Below, in pieces: positions 23,937 to 31,784 of a stretch of 44,898 nucleotides of DNA (positions are counted from its first letter, which is position 1; the number at the start of each line of letters is the position of its first letter). The position numbers and the translations under genes are program-made. The notes beneath the pieces were generated by a model. The model did no database searches and was not told the origin of the DNA. It was given only the letters and a program-made list of their open reading frames with translations. Origin of the DNA: an uncultured Planctomycetaceae bacterium (GTDB taxonomy: Bacteria > Planctomycetota > Planctomycetia > Pirellulales > Thermoguttaceae); assembly GCA_964481605.1 (NCBI GenBank), contig CAYZWG010000001.1, positions 1 to 44,898 of the forward strand. Direction: 5' to 3'.

Positions 23937-25490
23937 ATGAGCGAAACCGAAAAATCTTCACGCAATATCGTGATCTTCGACACTACGCTCCGCGACGGCG
24001 AGCAGTCGCCGGGCGCGAGCATGAACTTGATCGAAAAGCTGGAGGTGGCGCAGACGCTGATCGACTTGGGTGTGGACGTGATCGAGGCGGGTTTTCCCAT
24101 CGCCTCGCCGGGCGATTTCGAGGCGGTCCGCGAGATCGCCAAAATGAGCCGGGGGTCCGTAATCTGCGGACTGGCCCGATGCCGCACCGGCGACATCGAT
24201 CGTGCCTGGGAGGCCGTTCAACACGCCCAGCGGCCGCGTATCCACGTCTTTCTCGCCACCAGCGCCATCCACCGCGAGTTCAAGCTGAAGATGGACAAGG
24301 AGGAGATCATCCGCCGGGCGGTGGCCGGGGTGGAGCGGGCGGTGGGGTATTGTGCCGACGTCGAGTTCTCGCCCGAGGACGCCGCCCGCACCGAGGAGGA
24401 TTTCCTCTGCCAGGTCGTGGAAGCGGCGATCGCCGCCGGGGCAACCACCGTCAATATTCCCGACACGGTGGGCTACGCCACACCGGCGCAGATGCACCGG
24501 GTGATCCTGGGCTTGCGAAATCGCGTCCCCAATATCGATCGGGCCGTGGTCAGCGTCCACTGCCACGACGACCTGGGGATGGCCGTGGCCAACAGCCTGG
24601 CCGCCGTCGAGGCGGGCGCCGGGCAGGTGGAATGCACCATCAACGGGATCGGTGAACGGGCAGGCAACTGCTCGCTGGAAGAGATCGTGATGGCCTTGCG
24701 CACGCGGCACGACTATTACCGGGCCGACACCCGGGTGGACAGCCGCCGGCTGGTTCCCGCCAGCCGCCTGGTGGCCAACATCACCGGCATGCAGGTGCAG
24801 CGAAACAAGGCGATCGTGGGCCAGAACGCCTTCGCCCACGAGGCCGGCATCCACCAGGACGGGATTCTCAAGGAGCGCACGACCTACGAAATCATGCGGC
24901 CCGAGGACGTGGGATTTACCACCAGCGACCTCGTTCTGGGCAAGCACAGCGGGCGAGCCGCCCTGGCGGCCAGGGCCAAAGCCCTGGGCTATCGGCTCGA
25001 CAAGGAGCAATTGAACCAGGTGTTCGCAAAGTTCAAGACCCTGGCCGACAAGAAAAAGGAGATTTACGACGGCGATCTGGCCGCCCTGGTGGAAGAGCAA
25101 ATCCACGGCGTGTCGGACCTCTGGACGCTCGATTCGTACCGGGTTGCCTGTGGTAGCGACGTGGTCCCCAACGTCAAGCTCACCCTTCATCGAGGCGACG
25201 AGGTGAAGTCGGCCGAACTGAACTGCGGCGATGGCCCCGTCGACGCGGTCTTCCTGGCCATCGAGCAGATGACCGGCGTGAACGTCGTCTGCAAGGACTT
25301 CCGCGTCCACAGCGTCACCGTGGGAAAAGATGCCCTGGGCGAAGTCACCGTCCAGGTCGAGTACGAGGGCAACCTCTACCGCGGCCGCGGTGTGTCGACC
25401 GACAGCGTCGAGGCCAGCGCCAAGGCATTCCTGAATGCAATCAACCGCATCGTCTCCTTGATCGGCGGCAGGAACCAGAGCGAACCGTAA
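23937..25490 (+). CDS. leuA: 2-isopropylmalate synthase
   Basis: ORF 23853..25490 trimmed to the ATG at 23937. Motifs are IFDTTLRDGEQSPGASM, HVFLATSAIH, VHCHDDLGMAVANSLAAVEAGA.QVECTINGIGERAGN and AHEAGIHQDG, plus a C-terminal LeuA dimerisation/regulatory domain. Confidence 0.97.
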   Translation: MSETEKSSRNIVIFDTTLRDGEQSPGASMNLIEKLEVAQTLIDLGVDVIEAGFPIASPGDFEAVREIAKMSRGSVICGLARCRTGDIDRAWEAVQHAQRPRIHVFLATSAIHREFKLKMDKEEIIRRAVAGVERAVGYCADVEFSPEDAARTEEDFLCQVVEAAIAAGATTVNIPDTVGYATPAQMHRVILGLRNRVPNIDRAVVSVHCHDDLGMAVANSLAAVEAGAGQVECTINGIGERAGNCSLEEIVMALRTRHDYYRADTRVDSRRLVPASRLVANITGMQVQRNKAIVGQNAFAHEAGIHQDGILKERTTYEIMRPEDVGFTTSDLVLGKHSGRAALAARAKALGYRLDKEQLNQVFAKFKTLADKKKEIYDGDLAALVEEQIHGVSDLWTLDSYRVACGSDVVPNVKLTLHRGDEVKSAELNCGDGPVDAVFLAIEQMTGVNVVCKDFRVHSVTVGKDALGEVTVQVEYEGNLYRGRGVSTDSVEASAKAFLNAINRIVSLIGGRNQSEP

Positions 25491-25596
25491 CCGCCGCCCG
25501 TGTCCGTGGTCGAACGGCCAACGGGCCGGCGAGTGTGCAGGCACCAAGAGCGGCGGAAACCGTCCCCCGTGCCGGCCCAGCAGCCGGCACCAACTC

Positions 25597-25682
25597 GGCC
25601 GAGTGGCGGAACCGGTAGACGCACGGGACTTAAAATCCCGTGGGGAGTATTCCCCGTAAGGGTTCGAATCCCTTCTCGGCTA
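25597..25682 (+). tRNA. tRNA-Leu (anticodon UAA), class II with a long variable arm; CCA not encoded
   Basis: Hand fold: acceptor GGCCGAG/CTCGGCT, D arm GCGG-AACCGGTAGA-CGC, anticodon stem CGGGA/TCCCG with loop CTTAAAA, variable arm TGGGGAGTATTCCCCGT, T arm AAGGG-TTCGAAT-CCCTT, discriminator A. The ends may be off by 1 nt. Confidence 0.9.
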
Positions 25683-25691
25683 CTTGCTATC

Positions 25692-25730
25692 AAAGGACTT
25701 ACGACGATTCGTCGTGAGTCCTTTTTTGTT
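25692..25730 (+). terminator. Intrinsic terminator after tRNA-Leu
   Basis: AAAGGACTTACGACG-att-CGTCGTGAGTCCTTT stem followed by TTTgTT. Confidence 0.8.
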
Positions 25731-25843
25731 GGCATTACCTCCCGGTGTAACGCTGGTGCAACGGAATTGCCGAGCAACGGCTGGGCAACGCCGATGCCGC
25801 CTCGGTTGCGCTGGCGGCCAGGAACGTCGGAAGCAGCCTTCCA

Positions 25844-25942
25844 TTGCCAGCGCAACGGCGACGAGCCTGGCGCGGCGACCACCCGGAAGCAGGCCGTCAA
25901 GTGGAAGCCACTTCGCGGTGAGAATTGGCCAGTTGTTGCCGC
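25844..25942 (+). pseudogene. ~100-nt remnant duplicating the 3' end and 3' flank of the TPR gene (compare 12223-12325)
   Basis: ttgccagcgcaacggcgacgagcctggcgcggcg...gagaattggccagttgttgcc versus ctgccagcgcaacggcgacgagcccggcgcggcg...gagaattgaccagttgttgcc, roughly 85% identity by eye. Similarity continues past the TPR stop codon, which is TGA in the gene and TGG in the remnant. No upstream coding continuity was found. Confidence 0.7.
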
Positions 25943-26032
25943 AGACTGACCGGAGGTATGGCAGGAAACTTGGCTCATCCAGGGCAGCTTCGGAGATCCC
26001 AAGAAAGCTGGGTTGGCTGGTTACGACCGTCT

Positions 26033-26452
26033 TCACTTGGGAGCGGGACCAAGGGCAGACGAGCGGTGGTTCTCCACCAGCGAATCCCTGTCTTCGATCG
26101 CTTTTCGGATGGTCACTGCCAACTCAACCTCGTTGCACGGTTTGGTGAAGAAGCGGTAGACGAGGCCTTCGTTGATCGCCCGGATGGCGGTATCCGTGGT
26201 GGCATGTCCGGTGAGCACGATCCGCGTCACCTGGGGATCGTTCTCGGCCACCCAGGCAAGCAGGTCGTTTCCGGACATGCCGGGCATCTGCTGGTCGGAG
26301 ACGACGACGTCGATCTTCCTTGCCTTGAGTATGGCCATCGCCTCGTCGCCCGAACGGGCGGTGTAGAGATCGTAGGGTTGCCGCCGAAGAGCACGGGCCA
26401 ATCCATGCAGGACGTTCGCGTCGTCGTCGACGAGGAGGACGGTACGGTTCAC
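26033..26452 (-). CDS. Single-domain response regulator (REC only)
   Basis: The start is set at a GTG at 26452, 9 nt after AGGAG (ORF track 26033..26659). The sequence is VNRTVLLVDDDANVL...DVVVSDQQMPGMSGNDLL...VTRIVLTGH...YRFFTKPC. Confidence 0.88.
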   Translation of the reverse strand: MNRTVLLVDDDANVLHGLARALRRQPYDLYTARSGDEAMAILKARKIDVVVSDQQMPGMSGNDLLAWVAENDPQVTRIVLTGHATTDTAIRAINEGLVYRFFTKPCNEVELAVTIRKAIEDRDSLVENHRSSALGPAPK

Positions 26453-26525
26453 GTTGTGGATCTCCTGGCCTGGCAAGACCGGTGGGGGGAAGCGTGGGTG
26501 AGCATTGACAAGGGGAAGGTGAGCG

Positions 26526-29393
26526 TCATTGCGTGTTGCTACCGAGTTGCGCGATACCGGCGCGACCACCTTGTTCGGACGCCACGCACTCGGCGACCGG
26601 TATCCGCACGATGAAGGTCGTTCCGCGTCCGCTTTCGGTTTCAAAGGTGATGGTACCACCGTGCTTCTTGGTTACAATGGAATGGACGATCGACAGCCCC
26701 TGGCCCGTTCCCTGCCCCACTTCCTTGGTGGTAAAGAAGTGGTCGAACACGCGGGAGCGGATCTCCTCGGGGATTCCCGTGCCGGTGTCTTTTACACGGA
26801 TTTCCGCCCAGTCCCGGTCGTACCGACTGCTGACGACGATCGTTCCCTTCCCCCGCGAGCCGTCGCCCACGACGTCCGCGATGGCGTGAGCCGCGTTGGT
26901 GATGAGGTTCAGCAGGGCCTGGTTGAACTCGCCGAGAAAGCAGGAGACGGGAGGCATATTCGGGTCCAGGTCGGTCACCAAGTCCGCCACGTACTTCCAC
27001 TCGTTGCGAGAAACGATCAGTGTGCTCTGGATGGCGCGGTTGAGGTCGACGGTCTGCTTGTGGCCCCTGGCGGGATGGGAGAATTCCTTCATCGCGCGGA
27101 CGATCTCCGCCACTTTGTCGACCCCTTCGATCGACTGGCGGATGGCGTTGGGGGTTTCCTCGCGGAGGTAGTCGATATCGGCCTCGCCGAGGGCAGCCTC
27201 CGCCTGGCGGACCAGTTCCTCGGTCGATTTGTGGTCTTTGGCCGCCTGCAATAATCGCGTGAGCGTTTCCAGCACCTGGTCCATGTCCTCGAAGGCGCCC
27301 TCCAGGAAGCGGATATTGTCGCCGATGTACTGAGCGGGAGTGTTGATCTCGTGGGCGATCCCCGCCGCCAACTGGCCGATCGATTCCAGTTTTTGGGCGC
27401 GAACCAACTTCGCTTCCATCCGTTTTCGTTCGGTGATATCACGGCAGGACCTGATGATCTGAACGACTTCCCCCCGGTCGTCGAAGACGGGAGCCGCGCT
27501 GATCTCGAGGTGGATCGCCTTTCCCTGGGCGTCGCGGTAGACGTGTTCGAGGGTAACGGGAGCCTTGGTTGCGCAGACTTGCTCCAGCAGACACTCGGTT
27601 TTGTTTCCCATCGACGGACACTCACTACCGCTGCAAGTCTGACGGCACGTCAAGCGGCCTGCAAGCATGTCTTTGGCCGGCGTGGCGTTTCGGGCCGCTC
27701 GATTGGCGAGGACCACGCGTCGGTCGCGGCCGATCACGGTGAGGGGATCTGGGAACGAATCGATCACCGTCTGGAGGAATGCGCGCGAGTTGCGGACGTT
27801 CTTCTCGGCCCGTCTGCGTTGGATCACGTTTTGCAACCGCTCGGCGATCTCACCAATCAAGGCGCGTTCTTCCGTCTGGAACGGGTCGTCGTTGTCCGCC
27901 CATTTTTTCTCCAGGTAACAGACCTCCAGGGCGCCCACGAGACGATCGTCCACGCGCAAGGGAGCACTTTGCTTCCAGTGGGTCTCGCGAAAGTTGTCCG
28001 TCTGAAAGACTTCGCCGTCGAACACAATCCTGGCGCAGGTGATTTCCGGATAACGCCAGGCACGGCAGACGAAGGCGAGCGTCTTGCGGGCAACTTGCTC
28101 AATACGGACGTCCTCCTCCTCCAGGATACGACTGATCCCGTAGAGACAATTCAGCTCCTTGACACGGTCGTTCAAGGCGCAGCTTTGTTCGCGCAGCTTC
28201 CTTTCCGCCGCTTTCTGCCGGGTGACGTCGCGAACGGTGGCTTGCAGGATCGGCTTTCCGCCGAGATTCATTCTTGCCAGCGACACCGTTGCGGGAAAGT
28301 CGTGCCCGCCAATCCGCTGGTGGATCCACTCGAAGAAGTGGCGGCCTTCCCGCATGGCGATGCCCATCATCTGCCTGGCTTTGACCGACGAGAGAGAGCC
28401 GTCCGGTTGGTACTCCGGAGAGAGGTCGGCGGGAGAAAGCGAGGTGAAGTGATGGTGATCCTTGCAGCGGAACATCTTCACCGCGGCCGGGTTTCCGGCG
28501 AGGAACCCGTCTTGCGGGGAGAGCGTCATGATGGCGTCGGTGGAAAGCTCGAACAGCGTTCTGTACTTCTCCTCACTGGCCGTGATCGCGGCCTCTTGTC
28601 GTTTTCTCTCGGTGATGTCGCGAATGATGGAGACGGCATGCCACTTGTCGGCCAGTTGGAACGGGGACAACGAAATCTCGATGGGAAACTCGTGGCCACT
28701 CTTGCGGATTCCGTGCAGTTCCACCGTCTTGCCGATGGCAGGTCCCTCTCCGGTTCGCTGAAAATCGGGAAAAGCGTTGCGGTGTTGCGCCCGGTAGCGA
28801 GGGGCGGCCAGCATCTGGTGGGCATCCTTGCCCAGGACCTCGCTTTCCTCATACCCAAACATCCGGCCGGCGGCATCGTTCCAAAAGACGATCTTGTCCT
28901 GGTCATCGATCATCACGACCCCGTCTTGGGCGGCGTCGGCGAAAGCGCGGAACTTTGCTTCGTTTTGTCTTCGGATCGTTTCTGCTTCGGCCTCCTTGCG
29001 GAGGAACCGTTCCTTTTCCAGCACTCGCTCGATCACGGCGGGAAGGTAGCTGACAAAACCGCCCGCCATGCTCTTGACGATGTAGTCGCCGGCGCCCAGC
29101 TTCATCGCCTCGACGGCGATCGTCTCGTCCCCGGTGCCGGTCACCATGATGGTGGGCGGCAAGGTCCCCTGCGAGGCCAGAGTGCGAATCACCTCGAGTC
29201 CGTTTCGGCCCGGCAGGGACTGGTCCACCACCAGCACGTGGTAGCGACCGGCGGCAAGCATCCGCAGTCCTTGCTCCCCGTCGTAAGCAAGATCCACCGT
29301 GTAACCCGAGCATTGGAGCTTGGCCTGGACGATTCGTGCCTGGGCGCGATCGTCTTCCACGTAGAGGACTCGGATGGGATGGGGCTCATTCAT
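26526..29393 (-). CDS. Hybrid sensor histidine kinase: N-terminal REC, two PAS, a GAF-like domain, a Cys-rich PAS, then HisKA (HEINTP type) and HATPase_c; no TM segments seen
   Basis: REC: IRVLYVEDD...VLVVDQSLPGRNG...GDYIVKS. PAS ends: IIRDITERKR, VRDVTRQK, CRDITERKR. H-box: AAGIAHEINTPAQYIGDN. N/G boxes: LLNLITNAAHA, DTGTGIPEE, FFTTKEVGQGTGQGLS. Confidence 0.95.
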   Translation of the reverse strand: MNEPHPIRVLYVEDDRAQARIVQAKLQCSGYTVDLAYDGEQGLRMLAAGRYHVLVVDQSLPGRNGLEVIRTLASQGTLPPTIMVTGTGDETIAVEAMKLGAGDYIVKSMAGGFVSYLPAVIERVLEKERFLRKEAEAETIRRQNEAKFRAFADAAQDGVVMIDDQDKIVFWNDAAGRMFGYEESEVLGKDAHQMLAAPRYRAQHRNAFPDFQRTGEGPAIGKTVELHGIRKSGHEFPIEISLSPFQLADKWHAVSIIRDITERKRQEAAITASEEKYRTLFELSTDAIMTLSPQDGFLAGNPAAVKMFRCKDHHHFTSLSPADLSPEYQPDGSLSSVKARQMMGIAMREGRHFFEWIHQRIGGHDFPATVSLARMNLGGKPILQATVRDVTRQKAAERKLREQSCALNDRVKELNCLYGISRILEEEDVRIEQVARKTLAFVCRAWRYPEITCARIVFDGEVFQTDNFRETHWKQSAPLRVDDRLVGALEVCYLEKKWADNDDPFQTEERALIGEIAERLQNVIQRRRAEKNVRNSRAFLQTVIDSFPDPLTVIGRDRRVVLANRAARNATPAKDMLAGRLTCRQTCSGSECPSMGNKTECLLEQVCATKAPVTLEHVYRDAQGKAIHLEISAAPVFDDRGEVVQIIRSCRDITERKRMEAKLVRAQKLESIGQLAAGIAHEINTPAQYIGDNIRFLEGAFEDMDQVLETLTRLLQAAKDHKSTEELVRQAEAALGEADIDYLREETPNAIRQSIEGVDKVAEIVRAMKEFSHPARGHKQTVDLNRAIQSTLIVSRNEWKYVADLVTDLDPNMPPVSCFLGEFNQALLNLITNAAHAIADVVGDGSRGKGTIVVSSRYDRDWAEIRVKDTGTGIPEEIRSRVFDHFFTTKEVGQGTGQGLSIVHSIVTKKHGGTITFETESGRGTTFIVRIPVAECVASEQGGRAGIAQLGSNTQ

Positions 29394-29397
29394 GGCG

Positions 29398-30579
29398 TCA
29401 CTTTGACGTCGGGGATACGGCTTCAGTCTGGGCGACTGTTTCCTTGGGCACCAGCATCTTGATCATCTCCTGGATGCCGTAGTTGGCCACGTAGTTCTTC
29501 AATCGTGCCCTCATCGAGGGGGTGACTTCCTGCCCCTTGGCGCAGAGCAGCAGTCCGTTGAGAGATTTCACGTCGTCGGCAAGCAGCACTCCATCGACAA
29601 GTTCCGCGGCCCTGACGCGGCGGATGACATAGACCTGGGAGATCGCCAGGACGGATCGCAGCGTCGCCAGCACGGCCGGATCATAGCAACCCACCCGGTC
29701 GTTCATTTCGGCCAAGGCCAATTCGTTGCTGCTGCCGGCGGTGACCAGCGTGTCGAAGTCCATGGCCACTTTCAAGATTCGGCTGCCGAGGGGGATTTCT
29801 TCTCCTCGCTTGCCGTCAGGCGGAAAACCACCACCGTCAAATTGTTGATCCTGGAAGGCGATGATTTGGGCGACCTCGTCGAGGCGGGGGATATGGGAGA
29901 TGAGTTCGCGGCCCACCAGCGGATAAGCCTGGAAAGCTTCCGCTTCTTTGGCCGAGAGCTCCTGCCCTTGATACGCCTTGGTCAAGATCTCCTCGGGAAC
30001 GGCGACGCAGCCGATCTGGGAGAGCATGGCGGCGATCTCGAGTTGCCAGAGCGGATGGAATTCCAGTTGCGAGGCCAGTTGGCCGGCCAGGCGCCGAATT
30101 CGGGAGGCGCGACCGAAGGCGATCGGGCTTGCCAAGGACAGGATGTCGGTGAGGACTTTGATGGCGCCGCTGAGCGTCTTCGACAACAACTCCCGCTCGG
30201 CCGTAACCAGGCGGTACTGGGCAATTCCCGCCTCCAACGCCGAGGCAAATACCTCCGGCGAACAGGGTTTGGTCAGGAATCGAAAGATCCGACCTTCGTT
30301 GACCGCCTCCAGGGCCGTCTGCTGATCGGCGTTGCCGGTCAACATCATGCGAACCGTATCGGGAGCGTGTTCTCGAATCCTGGTCAACAGTTCCACGCCG
30401 TTCATTCCCGGCATCCGCATATCGGCGACAACCACGGCGTAAGGCCCTTGCTCCAGCACCGCTGCCAGGGCCTCTTCGCCGCCCAGCGCGGGCTCGATAT
30501 GGAATCGCTTGCGCAACGCGCGTTGATACGCCTGAAGGATGCTGGGATCGTCGTCGACGCAAAGAATTCTCTCACTCAT
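29398..30579 (-). CDS. Response regulator: REC plus a degenerate HD-GYP-like domain (metal ligands substituted) plus a C-terminal extension
   Basis: ORF trimmed to the ATG at 30579, in an ATGA overlap with the upstream stop codon. REC: [12 protein letters not shown]...[13 protein letters not shown]...[22 protein letters not shown] replaces [26 protein letters not shown] replaces [11 protein letters not shown]. Confidence 0.9.
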   Translation of the reverse strand: [393 protein letters not shown]

Positions 30580-31784
30580 TGGTTCACTTCCTCCGCTGTG
30601 ACTGCGAGGCACGTCCGCCGCCATCGGTCGAGCCGATCAAGGAAGCCGAGTTTCTCCAGATAGCGCGTATCCAGGGGCGAGGGGATTCCATTCCTTTCCT
30701 CCATGCTCTCTTCCAGCACGGCATTGGCCACGTGGACGGCCGCCAGGGGAAGAGACATGGGGCTCAGCGGGGCACTCGGTCGGAGATGGTAGGCGACGGT
30801 CTTGACGATCGAGTCCGGCAGCCCCCACAGTCCCAGCAGGTAGGCCCCCACCTTGGCGCGAGTGGTGTTGAACGTTTGCTGCTCGGCTTTCGGCAAAGTC
30901 ATCCCATCAAAATTTGCCAGCTTGAGGATTGGGGGACAGGATTCCGCCGAATCATCACATAGAATGAGAAGTCCCACGTCGTGGAGGAGTCCCGCGAGGT
31001 AGCTGTGGCCGATGACCATGGTGTCGTCGGTCTCGGCGGCGGCAATCTCCCTTGCCGTCTGGGCAACCACCCGGCTGTGGCTCTCGACGAGGTCCAAGGG
31101 AGCCTGGTGTGTTCCCTGCAAATCACGCGAAACGAAGGCGTTGGTGTTTCTGGCCAGGTCCCCCAGCGTTTCCAAACCGAGCAGACGAACGGCTTGTTTC
31201 ACACTGGAAACTAGTTGCGGGGTACCGAAGAAACCGGAACTGACGAGTTGAAGAACTTTGGCCGTCATTCCCACATCCGTGGAAACCAGTTCACCGACGC
31301 GTTGGATGGAGGAGGACTCGGACGCCAACTCCGCCAACAGGGCGATGCGGCTTGCCGGCCGGCTGGGAACCGATTCGATGCCGGAGATGACCTGCCGGAT
31401 CCACTCCTTGGGCAAATGATCGCGCAGCCGGCAGGCACGCCCAACCGTGGTCTTGAGGAGTTCCGAATCACAGGGTTTGGTAAGGAACTGGTGGGTGGGT
31501 CCAACGCATTTCAGCACCGATCCCCGTTCACACTGGCCGGAGAGAACGATCCGCACCGTGCCCGGGTGGCGAAGGCGAACCTCTTGCAGCAATTCCGAGC
31601 CGTCCATTCCGGGCATCCGCATGTCGGTGACTACCACGTCGACCGGCGCGGCGTCAAGGCGGTTCAGCGCCTCGTGTCCGCTCTCGACGAACTCCATTTT
31701 CCATTCGTGACGCATGGCGCGCAGCATCCGCCGCAAACCCTCCAGCACCTTGGGCTCGTCGTCAACAAACAAGACGTTCTTCAT
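30576..31784 (-). CDS. Response regulator: REC plus HDOD domain
   Basis: ORF 30576..32426 trimmed to the ATG at 31784 (MKNVLFVDDEPKVL...VVVTDMRMPGMDGSELL...QFLTKPC). HDOD: LAELASESSSIQRVGELVSTDVGMTAKVLQLVSSGFFG...AVRLLGLETL...AGLLHDVGLLIL...GAYLLGLWGLP. The upstream 214 codons of the ORF lie out of frame over the HD-GYP gene. Confidence 0.9.
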   Translation of the reverse strand: MKNVLFVDDEPKVLEGLRRMLRAMRHEWKMEFVESGHEALNRLDAAPVDVVVTDMRMPGMDGSELLQEVRLRHPGTVRIVLSGQCERGSVLKCVGPTHQFLTKPCDSELLKTTVGRACRLRDHLPKEWIRQVISGIESVPSRPASRIALLAELASESSSIQRVGELVSTDVGMTAKVLQLVSSGFFGTPQLVSSVKQAVRLLGLETLGDLARNTNAFVSRDLQGTHQAPLDLVESHSRVVAQTAREIAAAETDDTMVIGHSYLAGLLHDVGLLILCDDSAESCPPILKLANFDGMTLPKAEQQTFNTTRAKVGAYLLGLWGLPDSIVKTVAYHLRPSAPLSPMSLPLAAVHVANAVLEESMEERNGIPSPLDTRYLEKLGFLDRLDRWRRTCLAVTAEEVNQ

